This document shows, piece after piece, positions 18,885 through 28,479 of a stretch of 64,000 nt of DNA. How positions within the stretch are numbered: the stretch's first letter is position 1; each line of letters starts with the position of its first letter. This DNA comes from Lachnospiraceae bacterium (GTDB taxonomy: Bacteria; Bacillota; Clostridia; Lachnospirales; Lachnospiraceae), in the NCBI GenBank assembly GCA_022768745.1, contig JALELK010000107.1, positions 90,326-154,325 of the forward strand, written 5' to 3'. A model generated the notes under the pieces. It did no database searches, was not told where the DNA came from, and saw only the letters and a program-made list of their open reading frames with translations. The position numbers and the translations under genes are program-made.

Positions 18885-20033
18885 ATGAGTTACGTTATTG
18901 AAACGTTAGGCCGCCTTCTTCAGCAGACAGCATTTGCAAACTTGAATTATAAGAATTTTATTATGATTGCAGTTGCATGTGTTTTCCTGTACTTGGCAAT
19001 AAAAAAAGGATTTGAGCCACTGTTATTGGTTCCAATCGCATTTGGAATGCTTTTGGTAAATATTTATCCTGATATCATTGCCAGTCCTGAGGAGACATCA
19101 AATGGTGTTGGAGGCTTGCTATATTATTTTTATTCTCTGGATGAATGGTCTATTTTGCCATCACTTATTTTCCTGGGAGTCGGTGCGATGACAGACTTTG
19201 GTCCGTTGATTGCAAATCCAATCAGTTTTCTGCTTGGAGCAGCCGCACAGTTTGGTATTTTTAGTGCGTATTTGTTAGCTATTTTATTAGGATTCAGTGA
19301 TCAGGCAGCGGCAGCTGTATCCATCATTGGTGGTGCAGATGGACCGACCTCTATTTTCCTGGCGGGAAAATTGGGGCAGAGTGATTTGATGGGTCCGATT
19401 GCGGTGGCGGCATATTCCTATATGGCATTGGTACCTATTATCCAGCCACCAATTATGAAAGCACTCACAACCAAGAAGGAAAGAGCCATTCACATGGACA
19501 ACCTTCGTCCGGTTTCAAAATTGGAAAAGATTTTGTTCCCGGTTGTGGTAACTGTAATTGTTTGTTTGCTTTTGCCAACCACCGCTCCACTTGTTGGTAT
19601 GCTTATGTTAGGTAACTTGTTCCGTGAATGTGGTGTGGTTCGTCAGCTTTCAGAGACAGCGTCCAATGCACTTATGTATATCGTTGTTATTTTACTGGGA
19701 ACATCAGTTGGTGCATCTACAAGTGCAGAAGCTTTCCTGAACTGGACTACAATCAAGATTGTAGTGCTTGGATTGGTTGCTTTTGCGGTAGGTACAGCTA
19801 TGGGTGTTTTGTTTGGAAAATTACTTTGCTTCCTTACCAAGGGCAAGATTAATCCGTTGATTGGTTCTGCCGGTGTTTCTGCTGTTCCTATGGCAGCTCG
19901 TGTTTCACAGAAGGTTGGAGCAGAAGAAGATCCTACAAACTTCCTGTTGATGCACGCTATGGGACCAAACGTTGCCGGTGTAATCGGTACAGCCGTAGCC
20001 GCAGGTGTGTTTATGGCTATATTCGGTGTTTAA
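18885..20033 (+). CDS. oadB: Na+-translocating decarboxylase beta subunit
   Basis: [29 protein letters not shown] and [12 protein letters not shown] motifs. Confidence 0.95.
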   Translation: MSYVIETLGRLLQQTAFANLNYKNFIMIAVACVFLYLAIKKGFEPLLLVPIAFGMLLVNIYPDIIASPEETSNGVGGLLYYFYSLDEWSILPSLIFLGVGAMTDFGPLIANPISFLLGAAAQFGIFSAYLLAILLGFSDQAAAAVSIIGGADGPTSIFLAGKLGQSDLMGPIAVAAYSYMALVPIIQPPIMKALTTKKERAIHMDNLRPVSKLEKILFPVVVTVIVCLLLPTTAPLVGMLMLGNLFRECGVVRQLSETASNALMYIVVILLGTSVGASTSAEAFLNWTTIKIVVLGLVAFAVGTAMGVLFGKLLCFLTKGKINPLIGSAGVSAVPMAARVSQKVGAEEDPTNFLLMHAMGPNVAGVIGTAVAAGVFMAIFGV

Positions 20034-20048
20034 TGAAGGAGGATATTT

Positions 20049-21467
20049 ATGTCTGAAGTAGTAAAGAAACCTGTTAAAATAACAGAGACAATATTAAGGG
20101 ATGCACATCAGTCTTTGATTGCTACAAGAATGACAACAGAGCAGATGTTGCCAATCGTTGAGAAGATGGATAAAGTGGGATACCACGCAGTAGAGTGCTG
20201 GGGTGGAGCAACTTTTGATGCTTCCCTTCGTTTTTTGAAAGAAGATCCATGGGAGCGTCTTCGTAAACTTCGTGATGGATTTAAAAACACGAAGTTACAG
20301 ATGCTTTTCAGAGGTCAGAATATTTTGGGATACAGCCATTATCCGGATGATGTGGTAGAGTATTTCGTTCAGAAATCCATTGCAAATGGTATTGATATCA
20401 TTCGTATTTTTGACTGCTTAAATGATGTTAGAAATTTGCAGACAGCAGTGGATGCATGTAAAAAAGAAAAAGGACATGCGCAGGTTGCATTGTCATATAC
20501 CTTGGGAGATGCATACACATTAGATTACTGGAAGGACATCGCAAAGAGAGTAGAGGATATGGGAGCTGATTCTTTGTGTATCAAAGATATGGCAGGACTT
20601 CTGGTTCCTCAGAAGGCAGATGAGCTGGTACGGGCATTAAAAGAGGCAACAACTCTCCCGATTGATCTCCATACTCACTATACATCAGGTGTAGCATCTA
20701 TGACCTATATGAAGGCTGTGGAGGCTGGATGTGATATTATTGATACCGCTATTTCTCCATTTGCTCTTGGTACATCTCAGCCGGCTACCGAGGTTATGGT
20801 TGAGGCATTTAAGGGAACTGAGTTTGATACAGGTCTGGATCAGAATCAGTTGGCAGAAATTGCAGATTACTTCCGTCCTATGAGAGAGGAAGCTTTGGCA
20901 TCAGGACTTATGAATCCAAAGGTTTTGGGTGTAAATATTAATACATTGCGTTATCAGGTTCCGGGTGGTATGCTTTCCAATTTGATTTCCCAGTTGAAAG
21001 AACAGGGAAAGGAAGACAAGTACGAGGAAGTTTTGGCAGAAGTACCTAGAGTTCGTAAGGACTTGGGCGAGCCACCTCTTGTAACTCCTTCTTCACAGAT
21101 TGTGGGTACCCAGGCTGTATTTAATGTACTGATGGGTGAGAGATATAAAGTTGCTACAAAGGAGACCAAGGATATTCTCCTTGGAAAGTATGGACAGACC
21201 GTTCGTCCGTTTAACCCAGAGGTAGTGGAAAAGGTATTAGGCGATGAAAAGGATCAGGCCATTACCTGCAGACCGGCAGATTTACTTGAGCCTGGACTTG
21301 CAAAGTTTGAAGAGGAAATGAAGCAGTGGAAACAGCAGGATGAGGATGTTCTCTCCTACGCATTGTTCCCTAAGGTTGCTACAGAGTTCTTTAAGTACCG
21401 TGAGGCACAGCAGACAGGTGTAGACCCTGCAAAGGCTGATACAAAAAATGGATCATACCCTGTTTAA
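20049..21467 (+). CDS. oadA: Oxaloacetate decarboxylase alpha / transcarboxylase 5S-type carboxyltransferase (no biotin domain)
   Basis: LRDAHQSL, ECWGGATFD, IKDMAG, HTH and PPLVTPSSQIVG motifs; the protein ends without an MKM domain. Confidence 0.9.
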   Translation: MSEVVKKPVKITETILRDAHQSLIATRMTTEQMLPIVEKMDKVGYHAVECWGGATFDASLRFLKEDPWERLRKLRDGFKNTKLQMLFRGQNILGYSHYPDDVVEYFVQKSIANGIDIIRIFDCLNDVRNLQTAVDACKKEKGHAQVALSYTLGDAYTLDYWKDIAKRVEDMGADSLCIKDMAGLLVPQKADELVRALKEATTLPIDLHTHYTSGVASMTYMKAVEAGCDIIDTAISPFALGTSQPATEVMVEAFKGTEFDTGLDQNQLAEIADYFRPMREEALASGLMNPKVLGVNINTLRYQVPGGMLSNLISQLKEQGKEDKYEEVLAEVPRVRKDLGEPPLVTPSSQIVGTQAVFNVLMGERYKVATKETKDILLGKYGQTVRPFNPEVVEKVLGDEKDQAITCRPADLLEPGLAKFEEEMKQWKQQDEDVLSYALFPKVATEFFKYREAQQTGVDPAKADTKNGSYPV

Positions 21468-21491
21468 ATTTCATTCATAAAGTAGTATAAT

Positions 21492-21539
21492 AAAATCCGT
21501 TGGTATTCCATCAGAGATGGTTTGCCAGCGGATTTTTTT
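21492..21539 (+). terminator. Terminator of the decarboxylase operon
   Basis: AAAATCCGTTGGTA...TGCCAGCGGATTTT long hairpin followed by a T tract. Confidence 0.75.
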
Positions 21540-21556
21540 AGAAATGGAGTAGGGTT

Positions 21557-22483
21557 ATGAGTAATACAAATGATTTAAACACCAAGATGAATGAGATGTA
21601 TAAATCAATGAGCAAGGGTCAGAAACTGCTGACCAATTACATTACTGATAATTATGATAAAGCTGCCTTTTTGACGGCGGCAAAACTTGGCAAAACAGTT
21701 GGGGTCAGTGAGTCTACAGTTGTTAGATTTGCAATGTTTTTGGGGTATAAAGGCTATCCGGAATTTCAAAAAGCTTTGGAAGAGACGGTTCGTAATAAAT
21801 TGAATTCCGTTCAGCGAATGGAAGTAACTTACGGCAGAATTGAAAAAAACGCGGTGCTCAGTTCAGTTTTATCTTCAGATGCAGACAAGATTCGGGAGAC
21901 TATGGACAACATTGATGAGGCAGTATTTGATCAGGCTGTGGATACCATTATTTCTGCCAGAAGAATATACGTGGTGGGAATTCGCAGTTGTGCGCCACTG
22001 GCTTCTTTTTTGTCTTTCTATTTGAATCTGATGTTTGATAATGTGATTTTGATTCAGACAAACAGTTCCAGCGAAATTTTTGAGCAGATGGTACATATGA
22101 ATTCAGAGGATGTTGTGATTGGAATCAGTTTTCCAAGGTATTCTATGCGTACACTAAAAGCGATGGAGTTTGCAAACAATCGCTGCGCAAAGGTAATTAC
22201 CCTTACAGACAGCGTACATTCGCCTATGAATCTGTATTCCTCATGTAACTTGATTGCCAGCAGTGACATGGCATCCATTGTGGATTCCCTGGTTGCACCA
22301 TTGAGCGTGATTAATGCTCTTATTGTGGCACTTTGTATGAAAAAGCAGGACGAGGTTTCCACCACATTGGAAACTTTAGAGGATATTTGGGACGAGTATC
22401 AGGTTTATGAAAATGATGAAATTGACAGAGTGGATGATTCCATAAAAATACGATACGCAAAATTGGGAGATGAGGATGAGTAG
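21557..22483 (+). CDS. MurR/RpiR family transcriptional regulator
   Basis: HTH VSESTVVRFA..LGYKGY and SIS domain (ISFPRYS, ITLTD). Confidence 0.93.
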   Translation: MSNTNDLNTKMNEMYKSMSKGQKLLTNYITDNYDKAAFLTAAKLGKTVGVSESTVVRFAMFLGYKGYPEFQKALEETVRNKLNSVQRMEVTYGRIEKNAVLSSVLSSDADKIRETMDNIDEAVFDQAVDTIISARRIYVVGIRSCAPLASFLSFYLNLMFDNVILIQTNSSSEIFEQMVHMNSEDVVIGISFPRYSMRTLKAMEFANNRCAKVITLTDSVHSPMNLYSSCNLIASSDMASIVDSLVAPLSVINALIVALCMKKQDEVSTTLETLEDIWDEYQVYENDEIDRVDDSIKIRYAKLGDEDE

Positions 22484-23720
22484 GGTCATAGTCGTTGGGG
22501 GTGGCGCTGCAGGAATGATGGCAGCCTATTCTGCGGCCATTGCTGGGCATCAGGTTACGCTACTGGAAAAGAACGAAAAACTGGGGAAAAAGATATATAT
22601 TACGGGAAAAGGAAGATGCAACTTTACCAATGCATCAGACATGGAGACGATACTTCAAAATGTGGTTAGCAATCCTAAGTTTATGTACAGTGCTTTTTAC
22701 ACTTTTTCCAACGAAAGCGTTATGGATTTTTTTGAGACGAATGGAATGCCGTACAAAGTGGAAAGAGGCAATCGTGTTTTCCCTGTGTCTGACCATTCTT
22801 CAGATGTCATCCGTACATTTGAGAGAGCACTGAAGGAACAGGGAGTGGAAATTAAACTTCATACACAGGTGTCGGGACTTGTTTTGGAAAACGATAAAGT
22901 GATTGGAGTAGAACAATCAAATCATAAAGTGCAAAAGGGCGATAGTATAATTATAGCCACCGGAGGACTTTCCTATCAAACAACTGGTTCTACCGGAGAC
23001 GGCTTTACCTTCGCCAGGGAAACCGGACACAATGTGAAGGATTTACGACCGGCGCTTGTTCCATTGGAAACGAGGGAATCTTATATTACCAGAATGCAGG
23101 GGCTCTCTTTGAAAAATGTACAGTTGTCTGTTTATGATAAAGGAAAAAAGAAATATGATGAATTCGGCGAGATGATGTTTACCCACTTTGGCGTGACAGG
23201 ACCGCTGGTTTTATCTGCCAGCAGTGTTTTATCCCGTTTTTTACCGGGGGAGCTTAAGGCTTATATTGATTTGAAACCGGCTTTGTCTGCAAAACAGTTG
23301 GATGATCGTTTGCTTAGAATATTTAGTGAACATCCCAAAACCCATATCAAAGGTGTTTTCCAACAATTACTGCCTTCAAAAATGATTCCGGTTATGATAG
23401 AATTGTCAGAAATTGATGAACAGAAATCTGTCTGTGAATATACCAAAGCGGAGAGAGAAAAAATCATTTCTTTGTTGAAAGAGTTTCCATTTACAATTTT
23501 AGATACCAGAAGTTTCAAAGAGGCGATTATCACCCAGGGCGGTGTGGATGTGCACCAGATTGACCCCTCTACTATGGAGTCAAAAGTGATAAAAAATTTG
23601 TATTTTGCCGGGGAAGTGCTGGATGTGGACGGATTCACGGGAGGCTATAATTTGCAAATAGCCTGGTCTACCGGTTATTTGGCAGGCATTAGTGTTAAGG
23701 AGGAAATAAATGAGTTTTAA
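22476..23720 (+). CDS. HI0933/BaiN-like FAD-dependent oxidoreductase
   Basis: GGGAAG, TGKGRCN, FTHFGVTGP and GGYNLQIAW motifs. Confidence 0.93.
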   Translation: MSRVIVVGGGAAGMMAAYSAAIAGHQVTLLEKNEKLGKKIYITGKGRCNFTNASDMETILQNVVSNPKFMYSAFYTFSNESVMDFFETNGMPYKVERGNRVFPVSDHSSDVIRTFERALKEQGVEIKLHTQVSGLVLENDKVIGVEQSNHKVQKGDSIIIATGGLSYQTTGSTGDGFTFARETGHNVKDLRPALVPLETRESYITRMQGLSLKNVQLSVYDKGKKKYDEFGEMMFTHFGVTGPLVLSASSVLSRFLPGELKAYIDLKPALSAKQLDDRLLRIFSEHPKTHIKGVFQQLLPSKMIPVMIELSEIDEQKSVCEYTKAEREKIISLLKEFPFTILDTRSFKEAIITQGGVDVHQIDPSTMESKVIKNLYFAGEVLDVDGFTGGYNLQIAWSTGYLAGISVKEEINEF

Positions 23721-24375
23721 TGTAGCGATTGACGGACCGGCAGGCGCCGGAAAAAGCACCATAGCAAAATTGGTGGCAAAAGAATTAAATTTTATATATG
23801 TAGATACCGGAGCAATGTATCGGGCCATTGCGCTTTTCCTTTTAAATAAGGGAATTTCCAAAGACGATGAAAAGGCCATCGCTGATGTGTGTGGAGAAAT
23901 TGATATTGAAATCAAACATGCAGATGGTCTTCAGCAAGTTTGGTTAAATGGCCAGGATGTTTCCGCTGAGATTCGCCGGGAAGCAGTAGGAAATATGGCC
24001 TCTGCCACCAGCGTATATAGCTGTGTGAGAGAAAAATTGCTCTCGTTACAGCGGGATATTGCAGCTACCCAGGATGTTATTATGGATGGACGTGATATTG
24101 GAACTTGCATCTTGCCAAATGCACAGGCAAAAATATATTTGACAGCCAGTGTATCTACAAGGGCAAAGCGACGTTATCAGGAGTTGTGTGAAAAAGGTGT
24201 ATCCTGTGATTTGGAAGAGATAAAAAAGGACATTGAAGATAGAGATTATCGGGATATGCATAGAGAAATTTCACCGCTGAAGCAGGCGGAGGATGCGGTA
24301 CTTGTGGACTCATCAGATATGACGATTGAGCAGGTAGTGGAACGAATTGTGGAAATTTGCAGGGAGAAAAAATAA
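23710..24375 (+). CDS. cmk: Cytidylate kinase
   Basis: IDGPAGAGKST, DTGAMYR and DGRDIG motifs. Confidence 0.97.
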   Translation: MSFNVAIDGPAGAGKSTIAKLVAKELNFIYVDTGAMYRAIALFLLNKGISKDDEKAIADVCGEIDIEIKHADGLQQVWLNGQDVSAEIRREAVGNMASATSVYSCVREKLLSLQRDIAATQDVIMDGRDIGTCILPNAQAKIYLTASVSTRAKRRYQELCEKGVSCDLEEIKKDIEDRDYRDMHREISPLKQAEDAVLVDSSDMTIEQVVERIVEICREKK

Positions 24376-25224
24376 ATGGAAATAAAACTGGCAAAAAGTG
24401 CCGGCTTCTGTTTCGGTGTAAAACGTGCGGTGGATATGGTAAACGACGAAGTGGAAAAGGGATCTTCTGCAATTTATACCTATGGCCCAATCATACATAA
24501 TGAAGAAGTGGTAAAAGAGTTAGAACAAAAGGGGGTTCATGTGATTCCGGAGGGGGATGAATTGGATAAATATTCCCCTGGTACGGTGGTAATTCGATCC
24601 CATGGTATATCCAGAAATACAAAAGAAGCATTGGAAAACTCTGGATTTCATATTGTGGATGCCACCTGTCCTTTTGTGTTGAAAATTCACAAAATTGTGG
24701 AAGAACATTCCGGGAATGGTGAAGCTGTTGTGATTGTGGGCAACGAGAATCATCCGGAGGTTCAGGGAATTGTAGGATGGATACAGGGAGAGGATTATCT
24801 GGTGATTTCTTCCAAGGATGAAATTACGAAATTAGAGCAATTTTCTGACAAAAAGATTTGCATTGTATCACAAACGACATTTAATTACAATAAATTCAAA
24901 GAATTAGTTGAAATCATCAGCCAAAAAGGGTATGATATAATTGTTTTGAATACTATCTGTAATGCGACTGAGGAACGTCAGAGCGAAGCGGCGGAGATTG
25001 CCAAGTCAGTGGACGCTATGCTTGTGGTTGGCGGGAAGAGCAGTTCCAATACGCAGAAGCTATTTGAAATATGCAAAAAAGAATGTGAAGATACTTACTA
25101 CATACAGACAAAAGACGACTTTGATTTGTCGGTACTTCAATCCATTGGCAGTGTAGGTATTACCGCAGGGGCATCTACCCCAAACAATATTATTGAGGAG
25201 GTTCAAAAGAAATGTCAGAAATGA
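24376..25224 (+). CDS. ispH: 4-hydroxy-3-methylbut-2-enyl diphosphate reductase
   Basis: GFCFGV, DATCPFV, TICNAT, SSN and TAGASTP motifs. Confidence 0.97.
   Translation: MEIKLAKSAGFCFGVKRAVDMVNDEVEKGSSAIYTYGPIIHNEEVVKELEQKGVHVIPEGDELDKYSPGTVVIRSHGISRNTKEALENSGFHIVDATCPFVLKIHKIVEEHSGNGEAVVIVGNENHPEVQGIVGWIQGEDYLVISSKDEITKLEQFSDKKICIVSQTTFNYNKFKELVEIISQKGYDIIVLNTICNATEERQSEAAEIAKSVDAMLVVGGKSSSNTQKLFEICKKECEDTYYIQTKDDFDLSVLQSIGSVGITAGASTPNNIIEEVQKKCQK
24908..24941 (+). promoter_or_regulatory. Candidate internal SigA promoter for rpsA inside ispH
   Basis: TTGAAA-17 bp-TATGAT, overlapped by an extended -10 TGaTATAAT. Confidence 0.5.
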
Positions 25225-26354
25225 GTTTTGAACAAATGCTAGAGGAATCATTTAAAACAATAAGAAATGGAGAGGTAGTTGAAGGTACCGTAATCAATGT
25301 TAAGCCTGATGAGATTGCTGTTGATATCGGATACAAGTCTGACGGAATCATTCACCGCAGTGAATATACCAACGAAGCTAATGTAGACTTGACTCAGGTA
25401 GTATCTGTTGGTGACAAGATTGATGCTATGGTGATCAAGGTTAATGACGGTGAAGGTCAGGTTGCTCTCTCTTACAAGAGACTTGCTGCAGAAAAAGGCA
25501 ATAAGAGATTGGAAGAGGCGTTTGAAAATCATGAAGTACTCACAGCTAAGGTTGCTCAGGTATTAAACGGTGGACTTAGTGTTGTTATCGATGAGGCAAA
25601 GATTTTTATTCCTGCAAGCCTTGTATCAGATACATATGAGAAGGATTTAAATAAGTATAACGGACAGGAGATTTCCTTCGTTATCACAGAGTTTAATCCA
25701 AGAAGAAGACGTATCATTGGTGACAGAAAGCAGCTTTTGGTTGCTGAGAAGGCAAAACTTTCTGAGGAGTTGTTTGCTAAGATTTCTGTTGGTGATGTTA
25801 TCGAAGGAACCGTTAAGAATGTGACAGACTTTGGTGCATTCATCGACTTAGGTGGTGCTGACGGACTTTTGCATATCTCTGAGATGTCTTGGGGACGTGT
25901 TGAAAATCCTAAGAAGGTATTCAAGGTTGGCGACAAGGTTAAGGTATTCATCAAGGATATCAATGACAAGAAGATTGCCCTTAGTATGAAGTTTGAAGAT
26001 GAGAATCCTTGGAAGGATGCTGCATCAAGATTTGCTGTTGGTACAGTTGTAAAGGGTAAGGTTGCTCGTATGACTGACTTTGGGGCTTTCGTTGAACTTG
26101 CTCCTGGTGTGGATGCATTACTTCATGTATCTCAGATTGCAAAAGAGCATGTAGAGAAGCCTTCTGATGTTTTGAGCGTTGGACAGGAAATCGAAGCTAA
26201 GATTGTTGAGTTCCGTGAGGAAGATAAAAAGATTAGCCTTAGCATTAAGGCGATGTTAGAGCCGGAAGAAAAGGAAGAAAACACAGATGATTCTGAGTTT
26301 GCTGATGTAGATATCGAGGCTGTAGCTAACGAAATGGAAGAAGCAGAAGAATAA
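25212..26354 (+). CDS. rpsA: 30S ribosomal protein S1 (four S1 domains)
   Basis: Repeated S1 motifs (TDFGAF..L, LLHISE, LLHVSQ); follows cmk-ispH. Confidence 0.96.
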   Translation: MSEMSFEQMLEESFKTIRNGEVVEGTVINVKPDEIAVDIGYKSDGIIHRSEYTNEANVDLTQVVSVGDKIDAMVIKVNDGEGQVALSYKRLAAEKGNKRLEEAFENHEVLTAKVAQVLNGGLSVVIDEAKIFIPASLVSDTYEKDLNKYNGQEISFVITEFNPRRRRIIGDRKQLLVAEKAKLSEELFAKISVGDVIEGTVKNVTDFGAFIDLGGADGLLHISEMSWGRVENPKKVFKVGDKVKVFIKDINDKKIALSMKFEDENPWKDAASRFAVGTVVKGKVARMTDFGAFVELAPGVDALLHVSQIAKEHVEKPSDVLSVGQEIEAKIVEFREEDKKISLSIKAMLEPEEKEENTDDSEFADVDIEAVANEMEEAEE

Positions 26355-26375
26355 ATCGTTGTTGGGGTTTGAGTT

Positions 26376-27155
26376 ATGGACAATTATGAGGCGTTTAAGG
26401 CCGATGTCTTTCGATTGACAAAGATCGATTTGAGTTCTTATAAAGAAAAGCAGATGCGTCGACGTATTGATTCATTGATTCGTAAAAATGGGTGTGAATC
26501 TTATGAAGCCTACGTTAAATTGTTAAAATCAGATTCAAATGTCTTTGATGAGTTTATTAATTTTTTGACCATTAATGTTTCGGAGTTTTATCGGAATCCG
26601 GAGCAGTGGGATTTGCTTGTGAAAGAGTTTGTGCCGGAATTGATAGACAAGTTCGGTAGTAACCTCAATATTTGGTCGGCAGCCTGTTCTACCGGAGACG
26701 AACCATATTCTCTAGTTATGGCATTATCGAAGTATATTGATATCAGCAAGATAAGAATACATGCTACTGATATAGATAAACAGGTGATAGAGACGGCAAA
26801 ACGTGGCTTGTATTCGGAGAAGAGCATTGCCAATGTTCCTCCGGAGTACAAAAAAAGATTTTTCACACAGATTGGAAAGTCATATCAGATTTCTGATGAG
26901 GTTAAGAGGTGTGTGGATTTCAAACAGCATAATTTGCTGTCAGACCCATATCCGAAGCATTGTGATTTGATTGTCTGTCGTAATGTTTTGATTTATTTTA
27001 CGGATGAGGCTAAACGGGATGTTTACGTTAAGTTTGCATCATCTTTAAAGGAACGAGGCATTTTGTTTATCGGTAGTACTGAACAGGTGACGGAATACAA
27101 GCAGATAGGATATAAGAGACGATATTCTTTCTTTTATGAGAGAGTAGATGAATAA
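26376..27155 (+). CDS. cheR: CheR-type protein-glutamate O-methyltransferase
   Basis: TINVSEFYR, IWSAACSTGDEPYS and CRNVLIYF motifs. Confidence 0.94.
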   Translation: MDNYEAFKADVFRLTKIDLSSYKEKQMRRRIDSLIRKNGCESYEAYVKLLKSDSNVFDEFINFLTINVSEFYRNPEQWDLLVKEFVPELIDKFGSNLNIWSAACSTGDEPYSLVMALSKYIDISKIRIHATDIDKQVIETAKRGLYSEKSIANVPPEYKKRFFTQIGKSYQISDEVKRCVDFKQHNLLSDPYPKHCDLIVCRNVLIYFTDEAKRDVYVKFASSLKERGILFIGSTEQVTEYKQIGYKRRYSFFYERVDE

Positions 27156-27156
27156 T

Positions 27157-27199
27157 AAAAACACGGATAGATGAGAAATCATTTATCCGTGTTTTTTTT
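27157..27199. terminator. Bidirectional terminator between cheR and the convergent nuclease gene
   Basis: AAAAACACGGATAGATGA-gaaa-TCATTTATCCGTGTTTTT; overlaps the last codons of the minus-strand ORF. Confidence 0.85.
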
Positions 27200-28309
27200 G
27201 TAGCCAGATAGCATGGTCTGGAGAAAGGTTTTTATAAAATTCTGGGCGGATTCGGTGTTGCCCCAAAAATTGATTTCGTTAAGGGAGATGTATATTTCTT
27301 TATCTTTCCTGCTTTCTTTAAAAAGATGGACGTTTTTTTCTACAGGGTAGTTGTGGGGAAGTTTTATATAATCATCTTCTTTTTCTATAAAACATTCCTC
27401 GGGTGTTGCCTTTCGCTTTTGGTCTTTGGGGATATAATCGGTCAGTTCTTTCAACAAAATAATATTTTCATTTAACAGGTAAACATAGTCTTTATAATCA
27501 GATAAATAGTACCGTAGTGTATTATGGTGAAGTGGTATCATCCCCTGAAAAGAATCCCGGTCAAAAATAACATATCCTAATGGTGAATTCAGGCGAAAAG
27601 ATGATGGGAAAATTTGGGATAATTTTCCGGAAATTTTTATCTCTGCCTGAGAGGTACCTTGGTAGTCCTTATAGACATTCTTTTCTATTGAAATTTTTTG
27701 GTATTCAGTATCAAAAATATGGTTGTAAGTCAATATTGGCAAAAGGGATAGCATACCTCTTACATCATCATAATTATGTTGCTTTAAAATACGTAGTTGT
27801 TCCAAAGAGGGATGTTGGATGTAGGATTTGTAGACCGGTATCAATTCCCCGCCGGAATAAGTGTCTATACGCTGAATACCAAGGAAGGATTCGATGGATT
27901 TTTGAGAACAGGAAGCCAGACCCAAAAGCTTTTTTAGTTTGTTACATTCCTTGAAAATGTCAAAGTGATATTTGGGAAAATTATCATCCTTTATGTCAAA
28001 TTTTTGGGCACGTTCAAGGAGAAAGGGCTCGTCAAAACGGGCTCCATTGAAGGTCATTTGATATTTATAATCTTTTGCCAGTTCAAAAAAATCTATGATA
28101 ATCTCTGATTCATCACCGGGAGTTTCTGCGAAAAACTGATGGAGTGTAATTTCGTTTCCTCTGCGGGTGCAACAGCCGATTAAATAAATCTGGTGTCTTT
28201 TGGAACTTAGTCCTGTGGTTTCAATATCATAACCAATGGTGTCCTCAGAGAAAAAGTCAAACTCATCATATATTGGTTGATAATTATAGGCTTCTACCCA
28301 GTGTTTCAT
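27179..28309 (-). CDS. YprB/RNase_H_2-like DEDD-type exonuclease domain protein
   Basis: YDIETTGLS, TFNG.RFD.PFL and HNYDDV motifs. Confidence 0.82.
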   Translation of the reverse strand: MKHWVEAYNYQPIYDEFDFFSEDTIGYDIETTGLSSKRHQIYLIGCCTRRGNEITLHQFFAETPGDESEIIIDFFELAKDYKYQMTFNGARFDEPFLLERAQKFDIKDDNFPKYHFDIFKECNKLKKLLGLASCSQKSIESFLGIQRIDTYSGGELIPVYKSYIQHPSLEQLRILKQHNYDDVRGMLSLLPILTYNHIFDTEYQKISIEKNVYKDYQGTSQAEIKISGKLSQIFPSSFRLNSPLGYVIFDRDSFQGMIPLHHNTLRYYLSDYKDYVYLLNENIILLKELTDYIPKDQKRKATPEECFIEKEDDYIKLPHNYPVEKNVHLFKESRKDKEIYISLNEINFWGNTESAQNFIKTFLQTMLSGYKKNTDK

Positions 28310-28399
28310 AAATGTCTCCTATACATCTAAAACGATTTTTTGGCATAGCAGTTGCTTCAATAATTATAGCAAAAGTACTCAAAAAGATACAATACAGAC

Positions 28400-28428
28400 T
28401 TCATCTTTTGGAGGATAATTGTTATAAT
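28400..28428 (+). promoter_or_regulatory. Promoter of the rnf operon
   Basis: Weak -35 TTCATC, 17 bp spacer and extended -10 TGtTATAAT. A divergent TTGTAT-18-TATAAT lies on the minus strand at 28363-28392. Confidence 0.55.
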
Positions 28429-28479
28429 TAATCTATATGTTTTATACACATAAGTTCGAAAGAAAGAGGGGTACAGTTC

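Noticed and set aside
28419-28436. Rex box over the rnf -10 (TTGTTAT-AATT-AATCTAT)
   Set aside because: Only the left half-site matches, and the extended -10 element already explains it.
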